Below are positions 34,603 to 46,788 of a DNA stretch of 64,000 bases, one piece after another; within the stretch, counting starts at the first letter, position 1, and each line of letters starts with the position of its first letter. The notes under the pieces are model-generated. The model was not told the DNA's origin. It saw nothing but the letters and a program-made list of their open reading frames with translations, and did not search any database. Position numbers and translations under genes: made by a program. Source of the stretch: Rebecca billardiae RCC1528 (taxonomy: Eukaryota > Protista > Haptophyta). The stretch covers positions 248,001 to 312,000 of the forward strand of contig OZ251255.1 in NCBI GenBank assembly GCA_965240325.2, in the 5' to 3' direction.

Positions 34603-37600
34603 TCAGAGCAGCTTGACGTCCTGCCCGGAGGTCACGTACTTCCGGAACGCGGCCATCACCGGACTATCCGTGCCCGCCTTGTCCGGGTGAAAAAAGTTGA
34701 GATCCGCCACCGCCTGCCGCGTGCTCGGCGCCGCCATGTTCTGCAGCAGGCCGAGCGCGAGCTCCTTGGTGAGCTCGCGAGAGGGGTGGAAGCAGGTGAA
34801 CGGGTCGCCCACGCGCCGCTGGAAGCGGAAGCCGCGGAGCAGCGGCTGGAAGCGCACGACGAAGTGCTCGGAGGGCGAGTCGAACGCCTCAGAGGCCTGC
34901 GGGGGCGCGCGGGGCCGCGGCGGCGCGGGGGCGCGCGGGGGCGCGGCGGCGCGGGGCGCGCGGGGGCGCGGCGGCGCGCGGGGCGGGGCGGCCGGTCTGA
35001 GCGCCGCATGGCGCGGCGCGGCGCGCAGCGGCGCACGCCCCGCGCGCGGAAGGCCGGCCGGCCGGCCGGCTGCGCGCCACCGCGCCGCGCTGCGCGCCGC
35101 GCCTCCGCACCTCGAGCAGCATGGCGTTGAGCTGCGCTGCAAACTCGTCCGCGCCGTTCATGTCGTTGAACTTGGTGCCGGAAGCCATCGCCACCTTCTG
35201 TTTCCACGCCGTCACCTGCAGAGCACGGCACAGCGTGCGCGCGCGGGCGTGTGCGCGCGGGCGGAGGGGGCGGCGGCGGCGGCGGCGGCAGCGGCAGCGG
35301 GCAGCGGGCAGCGGGCAGCAGCAGCGGCAGCGGGCAGCGGGCAGCGGGCAGCGGGCAGCGGGCAGCGGGCAGCGGGCAGCGGGCAGCGGGCAGCGGGCAG
35401 CGGGCAGCGGGCAGCGGGCAGCGGGCAGCGGGCAGCGGGCAGCGGGCAGCGGGCAGCGGGCAGCGGGCAGCGGGCAGCGGGCAGCGGGCAGCAGCAGCGG
35501 CAGCGGCAGCGGGCAGCGGGCAGCGGGCAGCGGGCAGCGGCAGCGGGCAGCGGGCAGCGGGCAGCGGGCAGCGGCAGCGGGCAGCGGGCAGCGGGCAGCG
35601 GGCAGCGGCAGCGGGCAGCGGGCAGCGGGCAGCGGCAGCGGGCAGCGGGCAGCGGCAGCGGGCACGCACGTGTCAGCGCGCGCTCGCGCTCACACCGACG
35701 CCGCCCGAGCCGGCAGCAACGCCCTCACCCCCGCCGCGCCCCGGGCCCACCTCTCCCCTTCGCCCCCTTCGCCCCCCACGCACCTGCGTGCGGCACCACA
35801 TCGACTCCGCCTGCACGTCCTCCAGGGTGTGGGGCTCGTCACTTAGGGCGAGCAGGTTGACGTACGTGTGGGGCAGCTGCGCTTTTAAAAAGGTCAGCAG
35901 CTTCCAGAGCTGAGCCTTGAGCAGCTTGATGTCGCGCGGCGTCCACCACTGGTCGCCCCAGCTGGCGAGAAGGGTGAGCACCTTCCACTGCCCCAGGCTG
36001 GCCGGGTACGCCTCGTGGATCCACTTGGAGATGTCCTCCGCCTGAGCGGAGGGTTAGGGTAGGGTAGGATTAGGGTTAGGGTTAGGGCGGGAGGGCGCGA
36101 GGGCGCGAGGGCGGGAGGGCGGGAGGGCGCGAGGGCGGGAGGGCGGGAGGGGGCGGGTGAGCGGCTGCCACGCCCCGGCCCCGTGGTGTGGCCCGCGGCG
36201 CCCTCCCGCCGTGGGCGCGCGCACGCACGCACGCGCCCTGCCCGGCGCGCGCGTGCGCGTGCAAGCGCCAGCATGCGCGTGCACTCGCACCCCGGCCCAG
36301 GCTCGGGTTGAGGGCTCGGGCGAGGGAGCGCACACACCTGCGCGTAGAGCGTGTTGGGCCGCTCCAGCTTCTCGACGCCCTGGTTGGGCGACGTGTCCGG
36401 CAGCGACGCGCCGTCCGCCGCCGCGTTCAGCCCGCACTCGCGCTGCCGCCCAACGCAAGGGTCGAAGCGCGGCGTGTGCCCAGATGCCGGCCCAAGCAGT
36501 TTCGGGTTGTACCGCCGCATCAGCGTGCCTGCGCGCCCCGCGCCGCGCGTGCGCGGCGCGCCGCGGAGGGCGGTGAGCGCGCGCGCCGCAGCACGCGGCG
36601 GGTGCGGCCGCCGGCGGCAGGGCGACTCGCCCGGGGCAGGGCAGCGCGCGCGCCTAGGCGGGGTGGCGCGCGCCGGGACAAAGCGACGCGCGCGGACGCG
36701 CCGCCCGACCGGCGCGTCCGCGCGCCCGCCACGACCACCTACCCGCCACGGCGCGCAGCCTGCCGCGCCGCGTGCCGCGCCGCGTGCCGCACCACCCGCC
36801 GCGCCACCCGCCGCGCCCCGCAGCCCGCTTCGCCGCGCAACCGGCCGCGCGTCGCCAGCTGGCGCGCGCACCAAAGGTGTCCATGCGCGGAAGCCCCATG
36901 CCAAGCTCGCCGCCGCCACACGCCCACGCGCCGCCGCGGTAGTCGATGATCACCTGCGCGGCGCGCACGCGGCGGCTCGGCGCGTGTCGGCGCGGGCGGC
37001 GGCCCCGCCGCCGTCCACACCACCCACGCGGCCGCCGTGCCAACCCCTGCGCTTCGCGCGGCGCGGCGCACTTGCGCCACACAAGCCGGCGCGCGCACGC
37101 GCTCGCGCGCCGTGCCGGCCCCGCCGCCGCTCCCTCCGCCGCGCGTGTCCCCGGCGCATGCGCCCGCGCAGCACTCCCCGCATGCACCCGCATCACACCC
37201 GCACGCCCCGCATGTCCCGCCGTTCCCCGCCGTTCCCCTGTCCCCGCCGTTCCCCGCACTCCCCGCACTCCCCGCATTTACCCGCATTTACCCGCATTTC
37301 CGCGCGCACCTTGGAGAGCTCCCACAGGTGGCCAAACTGCGCGGCGTTGAGGCCGGTCATCCACGAGTCGCCCATGCACATGATCGCGGCGACCTGCGAC
37401 GCGTTGATCCCGGCCCACGGCTTGCGCCGCTGCAGCAGCGTCGCGGTGGACGAGCGGTTGCCGCCGTGCTTCGAGGTCCGGGCGAATTTTCCGGAGCCGG
37501 CGGCGGCGGCGGCGCCGGCCACGCCCGGCCCGGCGCCGTGCGCGCCTCCGCCGGGCGCGCCGGGGAAGGCGCCCATGGGGAAGCCGGGCGGCAGGCCCTG

Positions 37601-37675
37601 CCCACCGGCCAGCCGCGCGCGCGCCGCCTGCTGCCACCGCGCCGACATCATCGCCTGCTGGTTCCAAGCCCCCAG

Positions 37676-37710
<35 letters not shown>

Positions 37711-37999
37711 GATGCTTCATGCGCTGCAGCTGCTTCATCTGCTGCTTGAGGCGCTGCTGCGCGCTCAGCTGCGCCGACGTGCCGGGGAACCCCGCCTGTA
37801 GCTGCCGCCGCTCGGCCGCGGACGGCGCGGGCGCCCGCTCCGCGCGCGGCGCGGCGCCGCGCCCGGCGGCGGGGCGCTCCGGCGCGCCGTCGTCGGCATG
37901 CGGCGCGCGCGTCCGCGCGTCCACGCCGCTTGCGGCGGCGAGCACGGCGAGGGCGAGGAGCGCCCCACCGAGCACGCGCAGCCGCGTCGCCGGACCCAT
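34603..37999 (-). CDS. Phospholipase B1-like SGNH/GDSL lipase; multi-exon
   Basis: Signal peptide; [54 protein letters not shown]...LALGLLQNM in PLB1 order. Confidence 0.82.
35288..35663. repeat. Intronic (GCAGCGG)n heptamer array
   Basis: Roughly 50 near-perfect units. Confidence 0.95.
36051..36087. repeat. Intronic telomere-like (TTAGGG)n repeat
   Basis: GGGTTAGGGTAGGGTAGGATTAGGGTTAGGGTTAGGG next to the - strand CAG acceptor at 36042-36044. Confidence 0.88.
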
Positions 38000-38316
38000 C
38001 GGGCTCTGTGCCCCGCGGCGCTTGCGCGCGCGCGCGCCCACCTGCCCGCGCTGGATGCTTGCTTGTGAGCGCCGCTGCTGCGTGCGGCGCCCGCGCAGGA
38101 GCAGCCAAGATCTGGAGATACGGTTTTTCCGCGGCGCCACGGCCGGACACTGGGGGCATCGGCAGCCGGACGCTCCGTCTCGAGTCTCGAGCCTCGACGC
38201 GCCCGGAGTCATTATGCCCCGCCCGCGCCCGGACTCCCCATTCGCCCGCGGTGGGCCCATCGCCGAGTGCTCGTCGGGGGTGCCCCGAGGAGCAGCCCTC
38301 GCCGCCACAGTCCGAG

Positions 38317-40789
38317 ATGGCGCTCGCCCTGCGGCGCACGGCGGCGCACCCGTCGGCCGCGCTCCTCGCGCGCCGATGCCTCTCGTTCTCCCCGGCCGAC
38401 CTGGACCAGTACAGGGGGAAGGTCGCCGCCGACCTCTCGGGCATGTCCGCCGAGCAGCGCGCGTCGCTCGACGCGGCCGCCAAGCTCGTCGAGTACGACC
38501 CGGCGGTCTCGAGCTATTCGGCGGTGACGTACCCGAAGCCGGTGGCGGCGAACGCGGCGGCGAACGTGAAGCAGGCGTACACCGACTGCATGGTCGCCGA
38601 GGCCGCGTGGGTCGACGAGAAGCTCTCCGCCGCCAAGGCGCACCTCGATTCGCTCGTCGCATCCAAGGCTGGCGCGGTGCGCGCGCGCCGCGCCGCCGCC
38701 GCCGCGCGCGCGAGCGAGCGAGCGAGCGAGCGAGCGGGGCGAGGCGGGCCGGGTGGGGAGGTGAGGGTTGGATTGCACGCTGCGGGGCGGGGCGGGCCGA
38801 TGGGGGCGGGCCGGCGGCACGGCAGCTCCGCTGACGACAGCTGTGGCGCAGTTCCAACCCGCCGCCCGCGCGGCACGCGCCGCCCTCGCTCCGGCGGGGG
38901 CGGCGCGCTGCGGCGCGGGCGGCGGTGCGCGGACGCGAGCTCTGCCGATGCGTGCCGGGCGGCGCTCCGCCCGGGAATCTTCTCTCCGAGGGGCGCCTGG
39001 GCCCGCCGCCACCGCCGCCACCGCCGCCACGGGGGTGGGCTCGGAGCCCGCGGCCGGCCGCCGTGTCGGCAGCTGCTGCGACGATGCGCGGTCGCTCGCG
39101 CCGCGCCGCGCCGCGGCGGCGGGCTGGCGCCGCGCACGCCGCCGCCGCTGCGGCACGGGCCGCCGGGCAGGCGGCGTGGCGGCGCGTGGCGCAGTGCCAC
39201 CCGCCCGTCCGCCCGTGGGGACGCCCTCCGCGTGCCGTTGCGTCGGGGAGGGCGGGGGCCAAGACAGGCGGTTCAGATCAGGGGGTCAGTCAGCCGTGGG
39301 GCCGCGCGCGTGGTGGGTGCGCGGGGCGGGGGCGGCGCAGCACCCGTGCCGCGGGGCGGGGGTGGCGCAGCACCCGTGCACAGCGCAGGAGCCTGGCGGT
39401 GGGGCGGGAGGCCTCGCGGGCGGAGGCTGCGCGGCGCAGCCGCGCAGCGCGCCGCGCACGGCGCCGCGCCCGCGCACGACGCGCTGACGCGCTCAGCCCG
39501 CTCGCCGCGCGCGCCGCCCTCTGGCGCCGCCTCTGGTGCCGCGCGCTCCGCCGCGCCGCGCGCTCCGCCGCGCGCCGCTCCGCTCGGCGCGCAGGGCGCG
39601 TCTGAGGTGGACAAGCGGCTGCTCTCGTTCAAGGACGCGGAGTGCGCGCAGGTGCGTGCGTACATCTCGCAGCTCACCCACGACGCCGGCCTCGCCGCCG
39701 CCGCCGACGCCTCGCGCTGGAAGGCGCCCGTTACTGTGGCGGTTACGGGCGCCGCCGGCGCGATCGGGTACCAACTCCTCTTCAAGATCGCGTCCGGTGC
39801 GATGCTCGGGCCGGACCAGCCCGTCGTGCTGCACCTGCTCGACCTGCCCGACGCGTCAGACAAGGTGCGCCGCCGCGCGAGGAGCCGCGGGGCGACCACA
39901 CCCGGCACGGCCGCTGCGGCGCACGGCCCGCGCGGCGCGGCGGCGCGCGGCGACGCAGCTGCCGCCGGCAGCTGTCAGCTGCGTGGTGCGCGTCAGGCGG
40001 GACGGCGGTGTCCTCGTGCGCTCCCGCGCGCGCCGTGCGCCTCGCGTCGCTCGCTGTGCCCCCGACCCTCACCCGCCCCCCCCACCCGCCCCGTCACCCG
40101 CGTCGGCGGCCGCGCTGCCCCCGTGGCGCTGCGCGGCTGCGGCGGCGCGCTCTGATTGGGCGGCGGCTCTGCGTGCCGCGCTCTGATTGGGCGGCAGGTG
40201 ACTGGCGTGATGATGGAGCTGCAGGACTGCTCCTTCCCGCTGCTCGCGGGCGCGCACGGCTTCTCCGACCCGAGCGCCGGCCTCGCCGGCGTCGACTACG
40301 CCATGCTCGTCGGCGCCAGCCCCCGCACCAAGGGCATGGAGCGCAAGGATTTAATTGCCAAGAATGCCGAGATCTTTTCCGCGCAGGGCAAGGCGCTCAA
40401 CTCGGGCTCGCCGGGGGCCAAGGTGGTGGTCGTGGGCAACCCGGCGAACACGAACTGCCTGATCGGCATGATGAACGCGCCGGACATGCCCGCGGAGAAC
40501 TGGACGGCGCTCACCCGCCTCGACCAGGTGTGTGTGCGTGCGCGTGTGTGTGCGTGTGTGTGCGTGTGTGCGCGTGTGCGCGCGTGTGCGCGCGTGTGTG
40601 CGCGTGCGTGCGCGTGTGCGCGCGTGTGCGCGCGTGTGTGCGCGTGTGCGCGCGTGTGTGCGCGTGCGTGCGCGCGCGTGCGTGTGTGTGCGTGTGTGTG
40701 CGTGTGTGTGCGTGCGTGCGCGCGTGTGCGCGCGTGTGCGTAGGCGCGCGTGCGCGCGTGCGTGTGTGTGTGTGTGTGTGCGTGCGTGT

Positions 40790-40824
<35 letters not shown>

Positions 40825-41852
40825 CGTGTGCGTGCGTGCGCGTGCGTGTGCGGCCGCGCGCGCGCCGCCGGCGTGCGCGCGCCTCTCCTTGCATCGCGTG
40901 TGCCGCGCGCGCCGCCAGCGCGCTCTGTGCGCGCTGTGGCCCGGCTGCGTGCGCGCCGTGTGAGTCGCGCGCTCGGCACACTCACACGTCACCCCGCCCG
41001 ATCGCTCGGCTGCGGTGCGGTGCGCGCGGCCGCGGCGCGCGCGCAGACGCGTGCCGAGGCGATGCTGGCTGCCAAGGCGGGCTGCACGGTGAACGACGTC
41101 TCGCGCGTGATCATCTGGGGCAACCACTCGGCCACGCAGTTCCCGGACATCGCGCACGCCACGGTCAAGGGGCGGTGGGCCAAGGAGGTCGTCCCGGACG
41201 ACTGGTACAAAAAGACGTTTATTCCGGGCGTGGCCGAGCGCGGCGCCGAGATCATCAAGGCGCGCGGCGCGTCGTCGGCCGCGTCCGCGGCGATGGCGGC
41301 GCTGTTCCACATGCGCGACTGGGCGTGCGGGAGCAACGGCAAGTGGCACTCGATGGGCGTCGTGGCCGACGGCAGCTACGGCATCGGCACCGACCTCATC
41401 TACAGCGTGCCCGTCGTCACCTACCCGGGTGCGTGCGCATTGCAGCGCGGCGCGGGCGGCGCGGCGCGGGCGCCCGCGCGCGCCGCGCGGCGCGGCGGGT
41501 GACTGCGGTTGCCGGCTGCGGCGAGCGCGCGCATGCGGGTGCGCGCTGCCGTGCTCCTGGCCGTGTGCACACGCTCACACGACACGCGCCGCGCCCGCCG
41601 CCCACACCCGCTGCCGCTCGCTCTTCCCTTTTCTTCCTTCGTATTCCCTTTTTCTTTTTTCTGTTCTTTGTATTCCCTTTTTCCCGACACTTCTTTTGAC
41701 TCTTCCCTCGCTGCGCCGCAGGCGTGTACAAGCGCGTGGGCGGCGTCAGCATCGACCCGTTCGCCGCGCAGATGATGGAGGCGACGCGCAAGGAGCTCAT
41801 CCAGGAGCGCGAGGCGGTGGCGCACCTGCTGGGCAAGCGCGCCGTCGGCTAA
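38317..41852 (+). CDS. MDH: NAD-malate dehydrogenase (cytosolic-type fold) with mitochondrial-like presequence and N-terminal extension; 5 exons
   Basis: [70 protein letters not shown]; exon 1 is 38317-38676 and exon 2 starts at 39595 in phase. Confidence 0.95.
40528..40850. repeat. Intronic (GT/GCGT)n microsatellite
   Basis: Begins at the GT donor. Confidence 0.9.
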
Positions 41853-42430
41853 GCAACCAGACCCGCCGCAGCCCCCGCCGCAACGCTCGCCTGGCCCAAG
41901 GCCGAGCGCGCGCGCGGCGGGGCGCCGCGCCGGGCCGCGCGCGGCGCCGCGCCGCACCGAGCCCGGCCCGTCGTCGGGCCATGCCGCGTGCGGTGCGCGC
42001 GCCGCGCAGGCGACGGCGGCGTCCCACGTGGCCGCCTCCGCCGCCCATCGCAGCACCTGACCGTCACACGCCAGACCGTTACAGATCGTTACCGATCGTC
42101 GGCCCCCGAGATGAGGCCCCGATGACCAACCAAGCCTTGGGTGGCCGCGGGGGCGCCCACGCCGCCACGGCCACCCGCCGTCTCCACTGCTCGGCACGCG
42201 CACGCCCCGCTCGGGTGGGCGGTGCCTGACGTGGCCCACGCCGTGCGCGCAGCCCTCACGCCGGCGGCCGCGTCTGACGAGTGCGCCGGCTCTGGACCGC
42301 CGCCGCCGTCGTCAGCCGCGGCAGCCATGAATGAATCCGCTGCGCCAACTCCTGACTTGCCCGGCGGAGTCTCGACGAGCAGTCGTCGCGTCAGTTGCGC
42401 GGCGCGTCACGACTGTCACTGATGATGACG

Positions 42431-42481
42431 ATATATATATATATATATGTATATATGTGTGTATATCAGATATATACATAC

Positions 42482-42562
<81 letters not shown>
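42431..42562. repeat. Degenerate (TA)n/(TACA)n microsatellite
   Basis: Direct inspection. Confidence 0.92.
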
Positions 42563-42566
<4 letters not shown>

Positions 42567-42698
42567 CGACGTGGCAGCATCCGACAAGCGTCAGGCTCAG
42601 AGTGCAACAGACACTACATAGAATGCGTCCGCGCCTTCCGTCCAGGTCAGACAGTGCGCCACCCGCAGCCCTGCCCCCCTACGGGAGCGGGTATATAT

Positions 42699-43764
<1,066 letters not shown>

Positions 43765-44047
43765 GCGACTATACGACGACTGATCAGGCCGTCATCATCG
43801 TCGCACATTGATGATCGTCATATCATACGATAGTCGCTGCGCTGCTCGAAGTCAACTGGTGCCTGCCCAGCGGCCGCGCCCATCACCCCGCGCCGCGCCC
43901 GCGGCGGCCCTGCCACGGCGCGGGCCAGCGCGCGGGCGCCGGTCGCGCCTCCGCGGGCGGGTGCGCGCCCCGCCAAGCCTGCCGACGAGCCATCGTCCAC
44001 CTATACCCCACCACCCAGAACTGGCATCCGTCCGGACCGCGCGCAGC

Positions 44048-44830
44048 CTATGCCTTCGCCATCCACGGCTGCGGCTCCGGGTACGCGCCGTCGCCCCACT
44101 TGTCGAGCTCAATCTCGCGGCCGAGATTTGCGTACGCGTCCGCGGAGAGCCCGGCCTGCACGTGGCCGCGCCAGCGCGCCCACTCGGCCTCGGAGCCCGC
44201 GGCGGCAGCGAGCGCGTGCGCGAACACGCGCGCGCGCGGCATGCCCCCGTGGTGCTTCTCCAGCGTGCGCATCGCAAACTCGATAAAAAAAGAAAGATGC
44301 GCGTCGCCGCCGGCCGCGGGCAGCATGTGGCTGCGGATGGCGAGGGGCATGTTGTGCCCCGCCTTGACAAGCTCGGCCACCTTGGGCATCATCACCTCCT
44401 CCTCCTTCGCCAGGTGCGCCTCGTTCGCCTCGCGGTACGCCGGCCACGCGTCGCGCAGCGTCTTCGCCGAGCGGCGCTTGAGCGCTCGTCCCACCGCCGC
44501 CTCCTTCTCGTGGAGCGCGCGGTGCTGCAGCCGCAGCCCCTTCTCCTTGGCGACGTCGGCGAACTGCTCGTCGAGGAAGGCGAACATCCCCTTCGCGCGC
44601 CCGCGCACGCCGTCCTCCATCGCCGCGTGCAGCCCCTGGAAGCGGAGGAACTCCTCCCACCGCGGGCCGAACGCAGCGAGCGCCGCGCCGTCGTCCTCGA
44701 GCGCGATCGCGTCGTCGAGATCGCGCATCGCGCCGCGGATGACCTCGTGCGAGTTGCGCATCAGCGCGAAGACCTGCGGCCGCGGCTTCTCCGCCGACGG
44801 GGCCTCCTCCGTCGTGCACACGCCGCCCAT
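44048..44830 (-). CDS. Hemerythrin (HHE) domain protein
   Basis: MRNSHEVIR, HAAMED, QHRALH, HLAKEEEVMMP; N-terminus MGGVC. Confidence 0.85.
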   Translation of the reverse strand: MGGVCTTEEAPSAEKPRPQVFALMRNSHEVIRGAMRDLDDAIALEDDGAALAAFGPRWEEFLRFQGLHAAMEDGVRGRAKGMFAFLDEQFADVAKEKGLRLQHRALHEKEAAVGRALKRRSAKTLRDAWPAYREANEAHLAKEEEVMMPKVAELVKAGHNMPLAIRSHMLPAAGGDAHLSFFIEFAMRTLEKHHGGMPRARVFAHALAAAAGSEAEWARWRGHVQAGLSADAYANLGREIELDKWGDGAYPEPQPWMAKA

Positions 44831-45121
44831 GCTGCCCCAGCGTGCGTTTGCGCGCTGCCCGTGCTCGCTGTGGCGGCCACGCCGCTCAGCTTTGGTCGCG
44901 GGACGAGATTCTATAGCTGAACTGCTGCAGTATTCGTGGATATTCCGCCGAATTCGTCGGCGCTGCATGCATCTTGGACCGACCGGGGACAGATGGCGCA
45001 CCGCGCAGCCCGCTGGACCTGGTCGATGGTCGTGACGCTGACGACAGCGGCATTCTTGGCCGCAGCGCAGCCCGGTACTGCCAACGTCAGGAGAGCAGCG
45101 GCGAGCGCACTTGCCGTGCAC

Positions 45122-46570
45122 TCAGCGCGGCCCACAGCGCAGGGGCGGCAGCTGCACCACGCGCTGCGTCGCCGAATACACCACTGGCAGTGCGCCATGG
45201 ACGGCATGGTCGCCCACGCCGATGCCGAGCGCGCCTGACGAGATGCCGCACGCGTGCACGCCGCCGTCCGCCGTGACGTAGAGGGCGTGGCGAGCGCCGA
45301 GAGAGCAGTCGACCACGCGCGCATGCGCGAGGCCCTTCACCCGCTCGGGCAGTGTGCGATCCATTCGGTCCCCCAGCCCCAGCTGGCCGTACTCGTTGCT
45401 CCCAAACGTGTGCACGCTGCCGTCCGCGCACACCACCGCGCTGGAGAGACAGCCCGCGCGGGCGCGCACAGCACGCATGCCGCCCAGTGCTTTGATACGC
45501 GTGGGCACATATCGATGCGCCTCGTCACCGTGTCCAAGCGCGCCCCGAGCACCGTCTCCGAAGGAGTGCACGCCACCCGCTGCGTCCACCACCAGGCTGT
45601 GCCAAGCGCCCGCGCCCACGCGCACGGCGCGCACGCCCGCGAGCGCCTCGATGCGCAGCGGCGTGCGCTGCTCCTGCTGACCACCATGCCCCAACGGGCC
45701 GTAGATGCCATCCCCGCACGAGTACACGGCGCCGCAGGCCGATAGCAGCAGCGTGTGCCGGGCGCCCGTGGCCAGGCCACCCACGCGCACGCCGTCCAGC
45801 GCCTCGATGCGCGTCGGCTCCAGCCGGTCCTCCCTGTCACCGTGGCCGAGCTGCCCATGGAAGTTGCGACCCCAGCTGTACGCCGTGCCGGCGGCTGTGA
45901 GCGCGAGGCTGTGGCAAACGCCAGCGCCTATGCCGACGACGAGCTCCGCGCCCAGCGCCGCCACCTGCACGAACGCCCCTCGCGCAGCCTTGTCGCCCAC
46001 GCCCAGCTGGCCGTACTCGTTGTTGCCGCATGCGTACACGGCGCCCGCCTCGCTCAGCACCAGCAGGTGGCAGCTGCCGGCAGCCACCGCGCGCACATGC
46101 ACAGCCATTACTAAGCCCACGCGTGTCGGCACGAGCACGTGTGCCTCCCTGTTGACCTCGGGATGGCCCAATGGCGCGCCGCACGTGTGCAGGCCGCCGG
46201 TGTTGTCGACAAAGGCGGAAAAGCTCATCTGCGACGATTGGCAAGCAGCGGTGGCGTGCGCGTGCGCGTGCGCGAGCTCGAGCACGCGCTCGCCACCAAG
46301 CAGCTCCTCCGCCCACGTGCGCGTGCCCGCCGGCAGGGTCGCCGGCAGCGCGGCCTCGTGCCCGCGCGCGCGCGCGCGCTCGCGCAGCGCGTGTTCGAGC
46401 GGAGCGCCGCGGAAGAGGCGCGCGGCGGCGTTGGCGGCGGCGAGATCGCGCGTGCCATCGAGGCGGGTGAGAATGCACGCGACGAGCTCAGGCGGCAGGT
46501 CGGTCAGCCGCACGGCCGCCGCCGCCGAGCGCGTCTTGCCACGTGCGCGCGTCGTCGGTGTAGTCGTCAT
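45122..46570 (-). CDS. F-box plus RCC1-repeat protein
   Basis: LTDLPPELVACIL; repeated AG..HSL...G.VYS.G....GQLG blades; intronless. Confidence 0.92.
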   Translation of the reverse strand: MTTTPTTRARGKTRSAAAAVRLTDLPPELVACILTRLDGTRDLAAANAAARLFRGAPLEHALRERARARGHEAALPATLPAGTRTWAEELLGGERVLELAHAHAHATAACQSSQMSFSAFVDNTGGLHTCGAPLGHPEVNREAHVLVPTRVGLVMAVHVRAVAAGSCHLLVLSEAGAVYACGNNEYGQLGVGDKAARGAFVQVAALGAELVVGIGAGVCHSLALTAAGTAYSWGRNFHGQLGHGDREDRLEPTRIEALDGVRVGGLATGARHTLLLSACGAVYSCGDGIYGPLGHGGQQEQRTPLRIEALAGVRAVRVGAGAWHSLVVDAAGGVHSFGDGARGALGHGDEAHRYVPTRIKALGGMRAVRARAGCLSSAVVCADGSVHTFGSNEYGQLGLGDRMDRTLPERVKGLAHARVVDCSLGARHALYVTADGGVHACGISSGALGIGVGDHAVHGALPVVYSATQRVVQLPPLRCGPR

Positions 46571-46788
46571 GCTGTGCGCGCGCCGCGGTCGCTCGAGGGC
46601 GAGGCGGTTGGCCGCTCGAAAACAAAGATGGCGCGTTGTCGGTCCGGACATTGCCGGTCCGGACCTTGGCTGATTGTAGCAGCAGTGCTGACGCGATGAT
46701 GCATGTCTGCATGAGCGGCCCAGCTCGATCTGGCGATTCGTCCACCGCCGCCCCCTGCCCCCTGCGGAACTTGCCTGCAGCCGCGCCC

